From Balanoglossus misakiensis (lineage: Eukaryota > Animalia > Hemichordata), in NCBI GenBank assembly GCA_040954595.2, contig CM082581.2, forward strand, positions 8,603,413 through 8,667,412: a stretch of 64,000 nt of DNA, read 5' to 3'. The translations under genes were made by a program, and so were the position numbers. Shown piece after piece: positions 25,395 to 37,000 of this stretch. Position 1 is the first letter of the stretch. Every line of letters starts with the position of its first letter. The notes beneath the pieces were generated by a model. The model made no database searches, was not told where the DNA came from, and saw only the letters and a program-made list of their open reading frames with translations.

Positions 25395-27690
25395 GAGAGT
25401 GGAGGCGCTGGCGTTTGGCGTCACGTGACACGATAAAGTTTAAAGGTGCGCTGTTATTGGCCAACCATTTCAATATCATTTGTTGATTTATGCGCATTAT
25501 TTTGATTTGCGCAATTTATATACAGCAGAAATGGTTGTTCGCGTTTTGTTTTTACTTGTATGGAAACAGTGAAAACAATTCTCAGACACGTGCTCACCAT
25601 CTTTCTAAAACGATTCTTTTATACATGTAATAGCAATGTGGGTTTGATTTCTAACCGCGCAGCGCCCCCACACGGTCAGGGAGCATCGGTCATTCGTTCC
25701 AGCATGCCATGTATTTTGATTTTATCGGGTTTTACCACGTGCCAGTCTCTTCTCTTCGTAAAGAGACGAGCCGGATGATACATTTTCGTCAAATGGGCTC
25801 AACGAATATTTACAATGACAACTATTATGTGGCCTCGCATCTCGCTGCAGATGTATAGGGCCTACCCTACCATTGCTTGAAAACGGCGGACTGTATCCAT
25901 ATTCATTCAATTCGCTTTTCACAAATAGAATTGCTGCTGAAAGGCAGGAGGAGGGCCAATTGTTTATACTTTGTGAATATTTAGAAGTTTCATTTCGAAG
26001 TCGTAATCATATTGTTTCACCGTAAGTCTATTATTAGACTATCATTCAAGTACCAGTAACCGATATTCGGTCGAAAGATGTGATTAATTTATTCCATACA
26101 TATCAACTTTAAGTTGAAATTATAGATTTGAGTTAACTGATTAAATAGTACCGGAAAGAATGTTCAGATATTTATTTGGTTTCATTTTACAATGCCTTTC
26201 GTACTTGTAGCTTTACTACAGACGCACATATAGCTAGCAGCAGATTTTTGAGCATTTCAAAACAATGCAGTAGTCCCATAAACGTTTAGATGACTTCGTC
26301 TCTCCTATAGTCTGGTATAGTTGTCGTTAGAATAATGGAGATTAGTAGCGCCAATCACGAATGCACCAATGTGGGTTTAATTACCGTGCTGGATAACAGA
26401 TGTTGTCCTGAAGCAGTATTTTATTAGATTTTGTTCGAAATCATCAAAGATGAGCAAAGTATGACAGTTGCAATGATTATGAATGAACTGCGTCATTTTT
26501 GCGGCTCAATTGGTACATGTCGTTATTACACTGCTGATTAAGTTATTAATTTGATTTTATCTGTGTCAAACCAACAGTATTACGTATTAAAATTTAACAT
26601 GTTAATTGTCTGGTCCCTTCTGTTTTCGCTTGACAACGGCAGAACGCTCGAATTTCTGCCCGTGTCTCTGCCGGTGTCTGACTGTCTGTCTGGCGGACTG
26701 GCTCTCCATCTTAATTGAAATTAAGTTTAACAGCATAGACATTACTGTACCGTTTTGTGGGTGTGCCATTTATCGATAGGCTTGTAAACGATACTGATGG
26801 ATAACTTGTGCATTAATCAACATTTCATCTCGATCCACCGATAATGTCACGGTAGATTTCACGATCTCGTCACAAGAATGAAATGACGTAATTAATAAAT
26901 GAATACTGTTCCTTATAATCGACAATTGCCGTTACGAAGCCCCTCATCGTTGGAGCGCCCCTGAATATGAATTACAACAGCACCTACGTTATTGTCCTAC
27001 ATCCTGCTTGTGTGTATACATACTCAATGGCCCAATGCCATTTGCATCGAAAGTCGCTTAGGGAAACTCTTTGGAATTTATGTTGATTATAATCTAAGTA
27101 TAGCTATTATGATTGAAATACGTGAAATGCATTTTCCCGTTCACTATACCCCTAAATAGCATCTCCCTCGTTAATAATTAAAAGCTTATTAACACCACAA
27201 ACCATGTGTATTAATCATGCTAAAAACTGAACAGATGACTTTTCAACCTTACTACTCTTACAGACATATGTCCAAATGTTGGATACATTAGGTTATCTCA
27301 CAGATAATTGTCATTTAATTTTTTGTTGTTGCAAATATGAGAGAAGGAACATTTTACTGTCATGATTGACAACGTTTACTATAGAAATGGGGCTTCTAAA
27401 GTCAGCGTATGTCGAGTTTTACCAGCATTTACTGCATTGCCCAAAATTGTGGATAATGTCGGTGATCAAAATGTGGTTTATAACTGAATAAGTGATGATT
27501 AATAACCTCAAAATCAATACAAGACACGTGCTAAGAAACGTAAAACTAAGTAAAGTGACAATTTATAAAGAGTTGTGTACACCAGCAAAACGATGCTGAC
27601 TATTTCTGCTTGTTCGAGACCAATGCACTGCCCAGCTGTATTGCTTGACTGCGCGTGTTGCTTGAGTGTGGGCGAAACGACGTTTGACCG

Positions 27691-29196
27691 TCAAATCGCG
27701 TCCTCGCAGACGGCCGACCAGCTTGACTTGTTCCGATCGTCTTCGTCCCGTGTCGTCTTCCTCTGGCGCCGTGATAAGCTGCCCCGCTTGCAAAAGTTGG
27801 ACAGGTTGCGAGTGAAACGTCTGACGTTGGGTTGGTACTCTGTGAATATCTCCAGGATAATTAGAAGGCTTTCCCTCTGTCTTGCCTTCTTGGGCACTTT
27901 CCATTTGGAAGTCTTCTGTTTCTGGTGATCCAGCTTGAACAACTTCAAAATAGAGATGCACGTAGCCTATTTATTGTATGATTGTGTACGTGTACATTTT
28001 CAAACATCAAGCTCATTGTAAACCACCTGTTGTTTTTACGGGCATTATTTTTTGGATAGAAGAGTCTTTAGGTCTTTTAATTTAGTACACACTGATGTGA
28101 CTAAATTTCTGTTACTGTGTGTTTTCTAAGACTTACCAGAGACTTGAATCCTGTCAGTACTTGATCCAAAGCTGATGTCACGTTCTTAAGACTCGACGAT
28201 ATGATGGTGATTTCCCAAGCCTTTTGCTCGTGCTTTTTCAATATCTTTCTCAAAACAGTTAAATTGCCAATGATGTCTTTTACAACTGTTGCGGTTGCAT
28301 CTTTGCCCGAGTCTACCTGCAATTATGTCAGAATCATTTACAACATTTGTTTATTGAGACACAAAGTGACATAATCTACAGATTCAGAAATTCACCAACT
28401 CGTAAAAAATCGTTAACCTTACCTGCGCAGTTTTGAATAACTTGTCGATTGTTTTGTGTTGGATGGCCCTCACTCCAATGGAGTTTCGAATCTCCTGAGA
28501 AAAGTTACCGGTCACAGATTCCTAAACAATCAAAGCACTGATTTCGTTTGTAATTTGTGAGATCTGAGCATTTAAATACGTTTCGTACAAATTCCAACGC
28601 TGAAGTAAATTTAGGGACAGAATGATCATTCATTTCAATTTCACAACAGTATTTAATACATTTAGTTCGATTGAACTGATAATTTAAAGCAAAAATCTAG
28701 TACCTTACCATTCCTTGTTTCCCATTATTTGAAACATCTAATGATGACTCTTTCACCTTTTTCAGAACAGTCCTGGTTTTCTTGGCCAGATTTGTCACTT
28801 TACTCAAGAGCGGGTCTGCGTCTGCGCAGAGCAAAGCTACTACCAGTACACAACAAACGACAGGCAGGGCTTCATGATGTGATTGATGCAAAAAAAATCA
28901 AAGTGTAGATAGTGTTAAGGGTTTGATCGCCCGAATAAAATATCGCGTGGTTGTCGCCGCTGAGGCACACTGAGAAGTGGCCATTTTGTCAATGTTCCGT
29001 GACTTGGGTTGTCGCAGGCTTTGCGCGGTGGAAGGCAATGTGGTAAAAACGTCACCATTCTTTCGTTTTCAACGCAGGCCAGCGCATGGCCGGTACGTAC
29101 TTGTAGACAAATGGATGCAGGTTCACGCAAGCTCCAGGTGAAAATTGGAAACAAAAGCCGTGCCCGAATGTACTTACTTCTTTCACGGAAAATCAT
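27691..29196 (-). CDS. ck5: secreted putative four-helix cytokine-like protein (~236 aa)
   Basis: Exons 29196-29178 (MIFRER A|gtaagt), 28869-28709, 28521-28423, 28316-28137, 27942-27691; phases 1,0,0,0. TLPVVCCVLVVALLCADA|DPLLSKVTNLAKKT; KWKVPKKARQRESLLIILEIFTEYQPNVRRFTRNL aligns ungapped to ck3. Two acceptors are weak GAAG sites chosen by paralog alignment. Confidence 0.8.
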
Positions 29197-29276
29197 TGTT
29201 GTGTTCGGTGCTGCGTCGTCTCCTCACATCACTTACCTTACATGTAAATAACAGACCCATCCACAATAGACCCCCC

Positions 29277-29283
29277 TTTTATA
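29277..29283 (-). promoter_or_regulatory. TATA box of ck5 (TATAAAA)
   Basis: ~80 bp upstream of ATG 29196. Confidence 0.55.
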
Positions 29284-31022
29284 AGTGTTCTAATTTCGGA
29301 GTTACACGCATTGAGGATGTAACAGCGCATCAATGCCACCACCAGAATTACGCGCCGTAAGCAAAAATACCCCAACATCTCACGAACGGAAATTATGACA
29401 CAAAACTGGATTTGACGTTCTGCTGAATTTGACGGCAGATTGCTACGGTAACCCTAATCGTCTCGAATATGAGGAAACGCGCGTGTGTTTTTATTTAGGA
29501 ATCCGATGCAAGTAATAAATATAGAAGGGGAACAGTGTTTCCCCGCGCGAAGGAATAATTGAATATAGGAAGTTTATCTAAGAAAATTCGGCTTACGCGT
29601 AAGCTTAAAGGATTATGATTATAATTACTGGCATTGGTCAATTTAGATTTCGTTTATTCCTGAAACGAAATAATTACACGTGTACTCCATCGCTATACAA
29701 ATATCGCGTAATTATGAGGTACATGTAATTCAGAATTTTTTTCAACTACATGTAACTCAATTTATGGATATTTTTCCGGTGCATTTCAGGGGATATAAAC
29801 AAAAGAATACAACTAGGCCTATATTGCTTTCACGTTATCGCGTCACAAGTAAAACTTGCGTGACTGAGAAACGTTTTACTTACTTTACGCGAACGCTTCC
29901 AGTTTGGTCATGCCTATCTAGGGCCATGATAAAGGTTGCCTTTTGGAGGAATACAAGTGAATAGGTGAACTAACAGGCAACGATCTCGGTGTAGGCGGGT
30001 GCAGGTGTCCCTTCGAGCGATCGTTTCGGAAGACATTCGTGACCGCTAGTTGTCGTCATCAACAACAACGAGAAAGACTGAAAGAGAGCTCTGTTGCATC
30101 ATGAAGAGCGGCCCGACCTGCGCGTCACGATGAACAAACGGATAATAATTAATATGTACGACCCTTAAGAGGAAACGAGAGAAGCTCTGAACAAGCACTG
30201 GACGAATTATCCGAGAACAGTGTTTGCAAACACCGAGAACAGTATCGGTTTCGGTGGAGCATACCCGCAAATAGCCGCGGTGTGTTAATATTTCAAAACA
30301 TGTCAGATCATCGTGACCTTGGAACGTCGACAGGTTAAGAATCGTGTTCTGGGGAAGGCAAAACCATGCATCACGCAAAACCAACTTTAGCGGTACCATT
30401 ATTCTGAATTCGTCACAATTAGTCGGAATCAGTCGGTAAAATACTGATACAAAGCACGGTCAAGTGACCGTGTACAAAGGTACCGCCTATAAGCATTACG
30501 TACAGTACACATTTCCTGAATGGGAGGGTGACATTCGTTGGCTAGACCACGGTCTCCTAAAGACCTTGGCGGGGAATATATTTGAAGTGCCGAATGAGAG
30601 GGAACGCGAGTCAACGTCAATTGTCATGATATAAATGGTCAAAGTATGAAAAAGTAATTTATGCCAAATCCATATTTGATTTACAAAGATAATGCCACAT
30701 ATTTATTACAAGCTAATCCTCTCGGATGCAAGGTACATATTATAAAAGTTAACCCCACAGAACTAAAAGTGGAATATCTAAAGAATACAAATCACAAATT
30801 TTCACAAGAATTATCATACATAAAAAGACTAATTTTATGACAAGGAAGAAGAAAAGGGTGGTGACTCGCGTCTTCCTCGGTACCAGTTGGCACACAACGC
30901 CCTCCATACACCTATACCATTATCTTTTGTTTTCATCCACTGAGCACCAGTGAGATAGGTTTTCGCATATTTTGATAATATATATCTTGACCTGGATTAC
31001 ATTTGCATATTTCAACGACAGA

Positions 31023-34000
31023 TTAGTCGCATTCAATGTCCTCTAAGTCTGAAATTTCTGATTCTCTTCGGGTTGAAGTGTCCGCTCGCGCGCTCTGCTG
31101 CCTGGGAACGCCAAACTCGTCTTCGTGCTGTTGAGAGAAACCAGAACACACAAAGTACGTTACATAAGACAGTGTGAGGCAAGATTTACATATTGGAGAC
31201 TGGACATGGATTGAGCAGTATCGGGTCGAGTTTCACATGAAAACTGAGCTGGCGATCAAGTATAATATCGCAACTATAGTTTTGAGCCTGTCGATTTTAC
31301 TTATGGCAACAACGAGATTACAAAAAAGTAACGTATAAATGAAATCCTCCTATTACATAAAGTTACGTGAAAATTTAGGTGTGAGGATCACCCAATTACT
31401 CAAATACACGAGAGAATGTTAAAAACGTAGAGTCTAGCAAAGCAAAATTTAACATTCGCGTAAGAATAATTAAAATGTTTTCTCCACCTGTCGTTTGCTT
31501 AGTTGAGTCTTCAGTTGAGTAATCTCACGCTGCCTACTGTCACGTTCAATTTCAGTGTCATGCAGTCGCTGCCGGAGATACTTCACTTCGTGTTCCTGAT
31601 GAAAAAACATGCAAGTCATTATAACTTCAGAGAAGGCGATGTTGTGCCGACTGTTAACGTGCAAAGCTATGACGGTTTTGTGCATATATATATAGCAATT
31701 GTGTAGACGTCACGATATTTGACCTATAACCTGCAAATCACACGACATAGCATAAAACCTACACGCAAAGAAAAAAAACTTACCAAAACATAATCCAGAG
31801 ACGTCTTCAGGGCCCTCGCGTTCTGCTCATATACGTTTTGCAACCTGTCAGTCAAGTCTGACGTCACTTCCTCTGCCATGGGTGACATCATTCTGCTTTC
31901 GCTGGACGAGAGCAGGCTATGGCCCGGTGATGAGATGAATCCACTGTCTCGACTTTGGTGACTTCCCGTGTGGCTAGGGGACAAAAGGTTCGTTGTCATG
32001 GGTACGGAATACTAGATACATGATATATGTTTACGTTTGTGAATTTTGAAAGTATCGAGGAAGGACATCGTTGGCTTGTAATAGGGGCCACAAATAATTT
32101 AAACGCTTATGACAAAAGCTAATTTGAATTTCGTTTGACCCTGGACACAAACCATAAGAGACAACAGAGTATATGCAACGACAAAGAATGATAATAGCCA
32201 ACAGGTGGTAGGAGGGTCATGACTGGCCACGTTGCGTACAGATGTTTCCGTCCCCCCACACACACACCTCGTCTCGGCCTACTTCTACACAATCTCCATA
32301 CCTGATTTTTCTCTTCCTTGCCAAGGCGACTTTCGAATTCCGGCAGCCAAACAGAGGGTCTCTGTAGGCTATCGAGCTACCCCGTCGAGGAAATCCCGCC
32401 TCGCCGTCAACGAAAGAACCGGCCCTGTTTAACTGTTCTTGGAGTCGCCTGCGACTTTGCTGGGAGATTGTTTCCTGAAATTGATATATGTTGATGTTGT
32501 TGATGTGCAGGCCTACTTCTTAAGACATGATATCGCAGAAGACATGGGACAGTAATAGGAGTATTTTGAAAACATCGCAAAAGTTGATTGTAACTGAAGC
32601 AGTTGCTAGTTTCCTCGGGAGAAAAATCCAATGTATTTTGAAACTGCCGAAAGCCACAAAAAGGACAAGATTTGCACACAATAATAACTTACACGGGCTT
32701 TCGGATAGTCTTGCAATGTTTCAATGACGTCGGTGTTGGTAAGAATAAATATTTCAGAGTAACCGACGGATATGACGTCAACTGTTCGACGTGTCCCGCG
32801 ATTAAGGTTCAGAACGCTGATTTCACCGAATATTGCACCCTCCCCAATGGTTCGCGCTTCGTCTTCTTCATCAGATGAACTGAAAGAAGGAAAGCGGGAG
32901 AAATTGAGGATTAGTGGCCAAAGTTGGCACAAAAAGACGGAGCGGCGGACAAGCCGACTGTCATACAGCCAAACGGACAGACAGGCAGGCAGGCAGGCAG
33001 ACAGACAGACAGACAGACATCCCTTTTTGTTTGAAATTTGCAAAATATCCGACGAACGTAAGCCTATACCTGATGACTTCGAGTTTCCCGACACTAACGA
33101 TGAACATCTCACGGCCGATGTCTCCATTCCTGCAAACATAATCACCCGGGGAGTACATTCTGTGTTGCAGTTTCAACACCAAGTCGCGAAGCAGCCCAGA
33201 CTCGCAATCTTGGAAAAGGGATACCTGATGGAGAGTCACAAGTACACACGTCACATAGTAACAAACCAAACGGAACTCGACAAAAACAAATATAACAAAA
33301 CAAAACAAAACAAACTGTATACGTGTACACAGAACCACACTGTACATAGAACCACACTATTAACAACTGAAGTGCCAAGATTTTTTTTTCACTTACCTTT
33401 TCAAGCGCAGCCATGTTGGCATTTAGGGCCAGCTCTGCCTTCATATGTATCGGCAGTGTCTTGAGAACGCTCGCGTCATCGAGAATGTGAAACTGTCCAC
33501 TAAAACACGGAAAACAAGTTGTTATGTCAGAATTGAATTTGTTTAATGCTCCCGTATAACGTAAATGCTATGTCCCCATATGACACGCCTGTATCAGTCA
33601 GGAAAAGCAATGTCTTTAACTGTATCGCTACACAATCTCAAAGAAGCTTGCAAACGATTTTCTCTTTCAAAGCCATTACTGAAAAACAATCAATACCTAG
33701 AGTAGACCAACATTTATGATTCAAAATATCAGCCGAAAGTTATAATTCTGGGGGAAAACATACCTGGACCAGACGTAATCATAAAATCGTTGCACTTTGG
33801 TTTGTGTTTCTTTTGGTACTTTCCTGTGCTGCATAAAACATTTGGTTCGATGCAAAGATCTCTCGTACTTCCTTTGCCAATAGTTCATGTTTATTACAAT
33901 AGCTATTACTTGGGCTGTTGAAATGAAACATGTAAAAACGCAGATGGTTAAGATCAAGTATTTATATTATCGATGCAAATTCAGATGCGAAGTGATAAGT

Positions 34001-37000
34001 ATTGAGAATGTACTTGGAAGTAACGAAAATCGGTATTAAAAACTAAAAAGTAAGAGAACAAAGAACACTTACCAAATATGAAGGCGATAATAAATAATCC
34101 CAAAATAAAATTAAATATGGTATACATAAATCTGCAATAAAAGAAAACAAAATCAGTTATTATAATAATGAAGACGGATATTACATGGTTGACGACCAGC
34201 GAGTGTAAAAGTGTTAGGTGCTGTTTGTCCGCTAGGTAGTCTTGATAAACACGCTTGTCTTTGCTGTTGTGAGCCGAGTGGCCTACCTTTTCACTGCGAC
34301 TCATTGCAAATGCAAGTCACTTGTTTTCCCTCCCGATTAAAGTGAGCGGATTCTCCACCATGTTAAACATAGTCCTTAGCACAACCCCGATGGGAAGTTT
34401 TAAGTCATGTCTCCGTGGGATTACGTATTAAGATGTCATCCGGAAAAGCGGCTATGCACTTACATGTATAGCCGCTCAAAGAACATATAGACAAAGGATT
34501 TCCACTGTGGCGAGAAGTATTACATCCAAATATTTCGGAAATTGGTGAAAGTGGCATGATATTGAAAACTGGTGAGTTAGCTGCCGCAGTATGGATAAAC
34601 ATTTCGAGAAAAAAATGAACCAGGCTCGTGTTTCATTCACCCGACCGTGAAATATGCCCCTATTCACTCGGCACCAACATATTTAAACAATGCTGGAATT
34701 GCGTGTCATATTGGCCCGTGTTCGCTATGAAAATCATTCCCGGCGGTTCGACATGACTGCAATAATATACTGCATCTGAAGCGGTCACTCACTCCCGTCT
34801 CTGCAATCGGACAGGATCTTTATTTGTGTCTGCCGTCCAGGTAGTAAGCAAACAAAATTAAGTCGCATTTCACAGCGGTTACGTCAATTCCCCCCACAAC
34901 GCTCTATTCTTCGGTCTCAAATCTGCGTGTAATATGAACGCGACACCTTTACACGGGTTTCCTGTCTTCAAGGCTGCGTGGAGCCTGTCTCAGAAATGCA
35001 AAAAAAAATCGACTGACGAGGGTGGGTATCGTCAAACCAGGGATATAAAATAAAGTACATGTCAAACTTGTTGAGTCTATCCTACGCTCCAAATAAATGC
35101 GTCCTCGTTTTTTACGATTGTTTTGTTTTGCTTCTTTTTTGTCTTATTCAATTCTTGTCAATTCTTGGTGTTTTGTGTGGACATTATTGGAACTGTGATT
35201 TTTAGAGAGTAACTCTACGCGAGCTCGAGTCTGGGATGGACGTACGTGCGGAGTCCATGGGACCATACACCTGTTACTTGACGCCGTGAAATTCCAGTCT
35301 TTGGCTGGATGTCTCTACTTAAACTGACGCTACTTCATTGTGAAGGTCGAATTGATAGAACTGAGAACTGTAGACCTGGTTCGGCTTCCAAGGTCAACTT
35401 GATACAAATGTAACTTCTTTTGGAACAATAACTCGCCAAAAAGACTCTCAACTTGATTCAGGGATTAAATTGCAAGCCGAATACGATTCTTTTTGATTGC
35501 AAGCATAAAAAGAGGGATAGAGTTCCTTCCCCCGGACTCCGGGAAACGGGAACAGGTGGACCCCGGGCTCTCCGGAGACGAGTCCACTACCTGTATCGAC
35601 TGTCTCGGGTGTCCCGGGGGTAGAGCTAAGAAAATCACACGAGAAGGGCCACTTGAATAGATACGCACCAACGAAGACAAGAATATCCTCAACAAATAGA
35701 ACAAGAAAGCTAAATCATGTTCGGATCTGCTGGATCAAAGGGCGGGGTCACTGATTGGACATGTTCACCAATGCAGGGCAAAAGTTTTCCAATAAAAAAG
35801 TAAACGGGGCAGAAATCGTAAGATGGCTCAATTGCACATTACCGCTGTAGGGGGTATAAAGGCGATCCCCACACTTTTGTATTGGCTAAATAGTTTCGCA
35901 CGTTGGGTCAAAGGTCAAGTTTTTGTTTGGATAACCTCGGGGGAGACAGCGGCGTGCCGTGTTACTCTTCTCTATTCAGGGAGGGGGGCTCTAAACAGTT
36001 GGGAAAGCGCTAAATCGCACGTAACCAGAATAAAGTTCAGGGGCTTGGGGATTTGGGGAATAATCATGCAACAGTATATCCTCCTTCCTAGCTAGAAACT
36101 AATGTCGACGGCAACCGGTAATCTTTTGACTGAGGAGCAATGTGAAAGTCAAATTAATAAAAAGACGTTTTCAACTGACTAATTTATCGATTGATTGATT
36201 GATAATTATTACATTCTGATGGAGATTTATTGCATTTTGCGCATATTCACTAGGGGAAGTCATAGTATATGTTGTTCATCCTGACTTTGGTGACCTCAAA
36301 ACCCATATAATCGTATCTAAAATAATGTTGTATATAGCCAACTCCATTCCTTGAAAACTATTGGGTACGAATCATGATGGACGCATGTGTTGCGTTCATG
36401 GCCATTCTTCAGAAGTCCATGATGTGCTGAGTGAACTACAAAATGACGATTACTTTATTCTACACCGGTTTGTGGAGTGACCATGACTGAAACCACGTCA
36501 GCTATCGATCGACACGTTGCATTAAGGGAAAGAGGATACTTAAAAACCTCGCGTGTGTACCCAAAACTTTCTCCGACAACCAAAATACATTTGGTCGGTA
36601 ATCGAGGCTGTCACTGCCGATGATTCTTCTCGGGGCTTGTTTACATATTTTGTTGCGTTTTCATTGATCCTGTTGCGAGTTTAATAAACTGAAAACAAAC
36701 CCGGCTATTGTGGGATCGGTGTGGTATTCCGGGGCGCGGGGAGGGCGGTTGTTGGGGCCCCCGTCAAAGCAGCCCCAGTCGCCGGGGGTAAACAATGGAA
36801 CGGCTCCAGCGAAGGCAGGCGAGCAGAAAGAGCCCATTGAAGACCAGGCACCATGACCATTCCCAATGTAAACGCTAGCGTGTGTTATGAATTTCAACTA
36901 ATAAGGGACCGCTTGCCGATCACGTGTGGTCGAGACCGACTTCAAACGGTCCGTGCATGTGCGAACGAGCATCCAGTTTATGACAGATAATCGTCTGAGG

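Noticed and set aside
32772-33464. 230-aa plus-strand ORF
   Set aside because: Antisense shadow of CNG CNBD exons plus a microsatellite.
36661-36897. GC-rich 78-aa ORF in the CNG intron
   Set aside because: No splice context or recognisable domain; at most a regulatory element.
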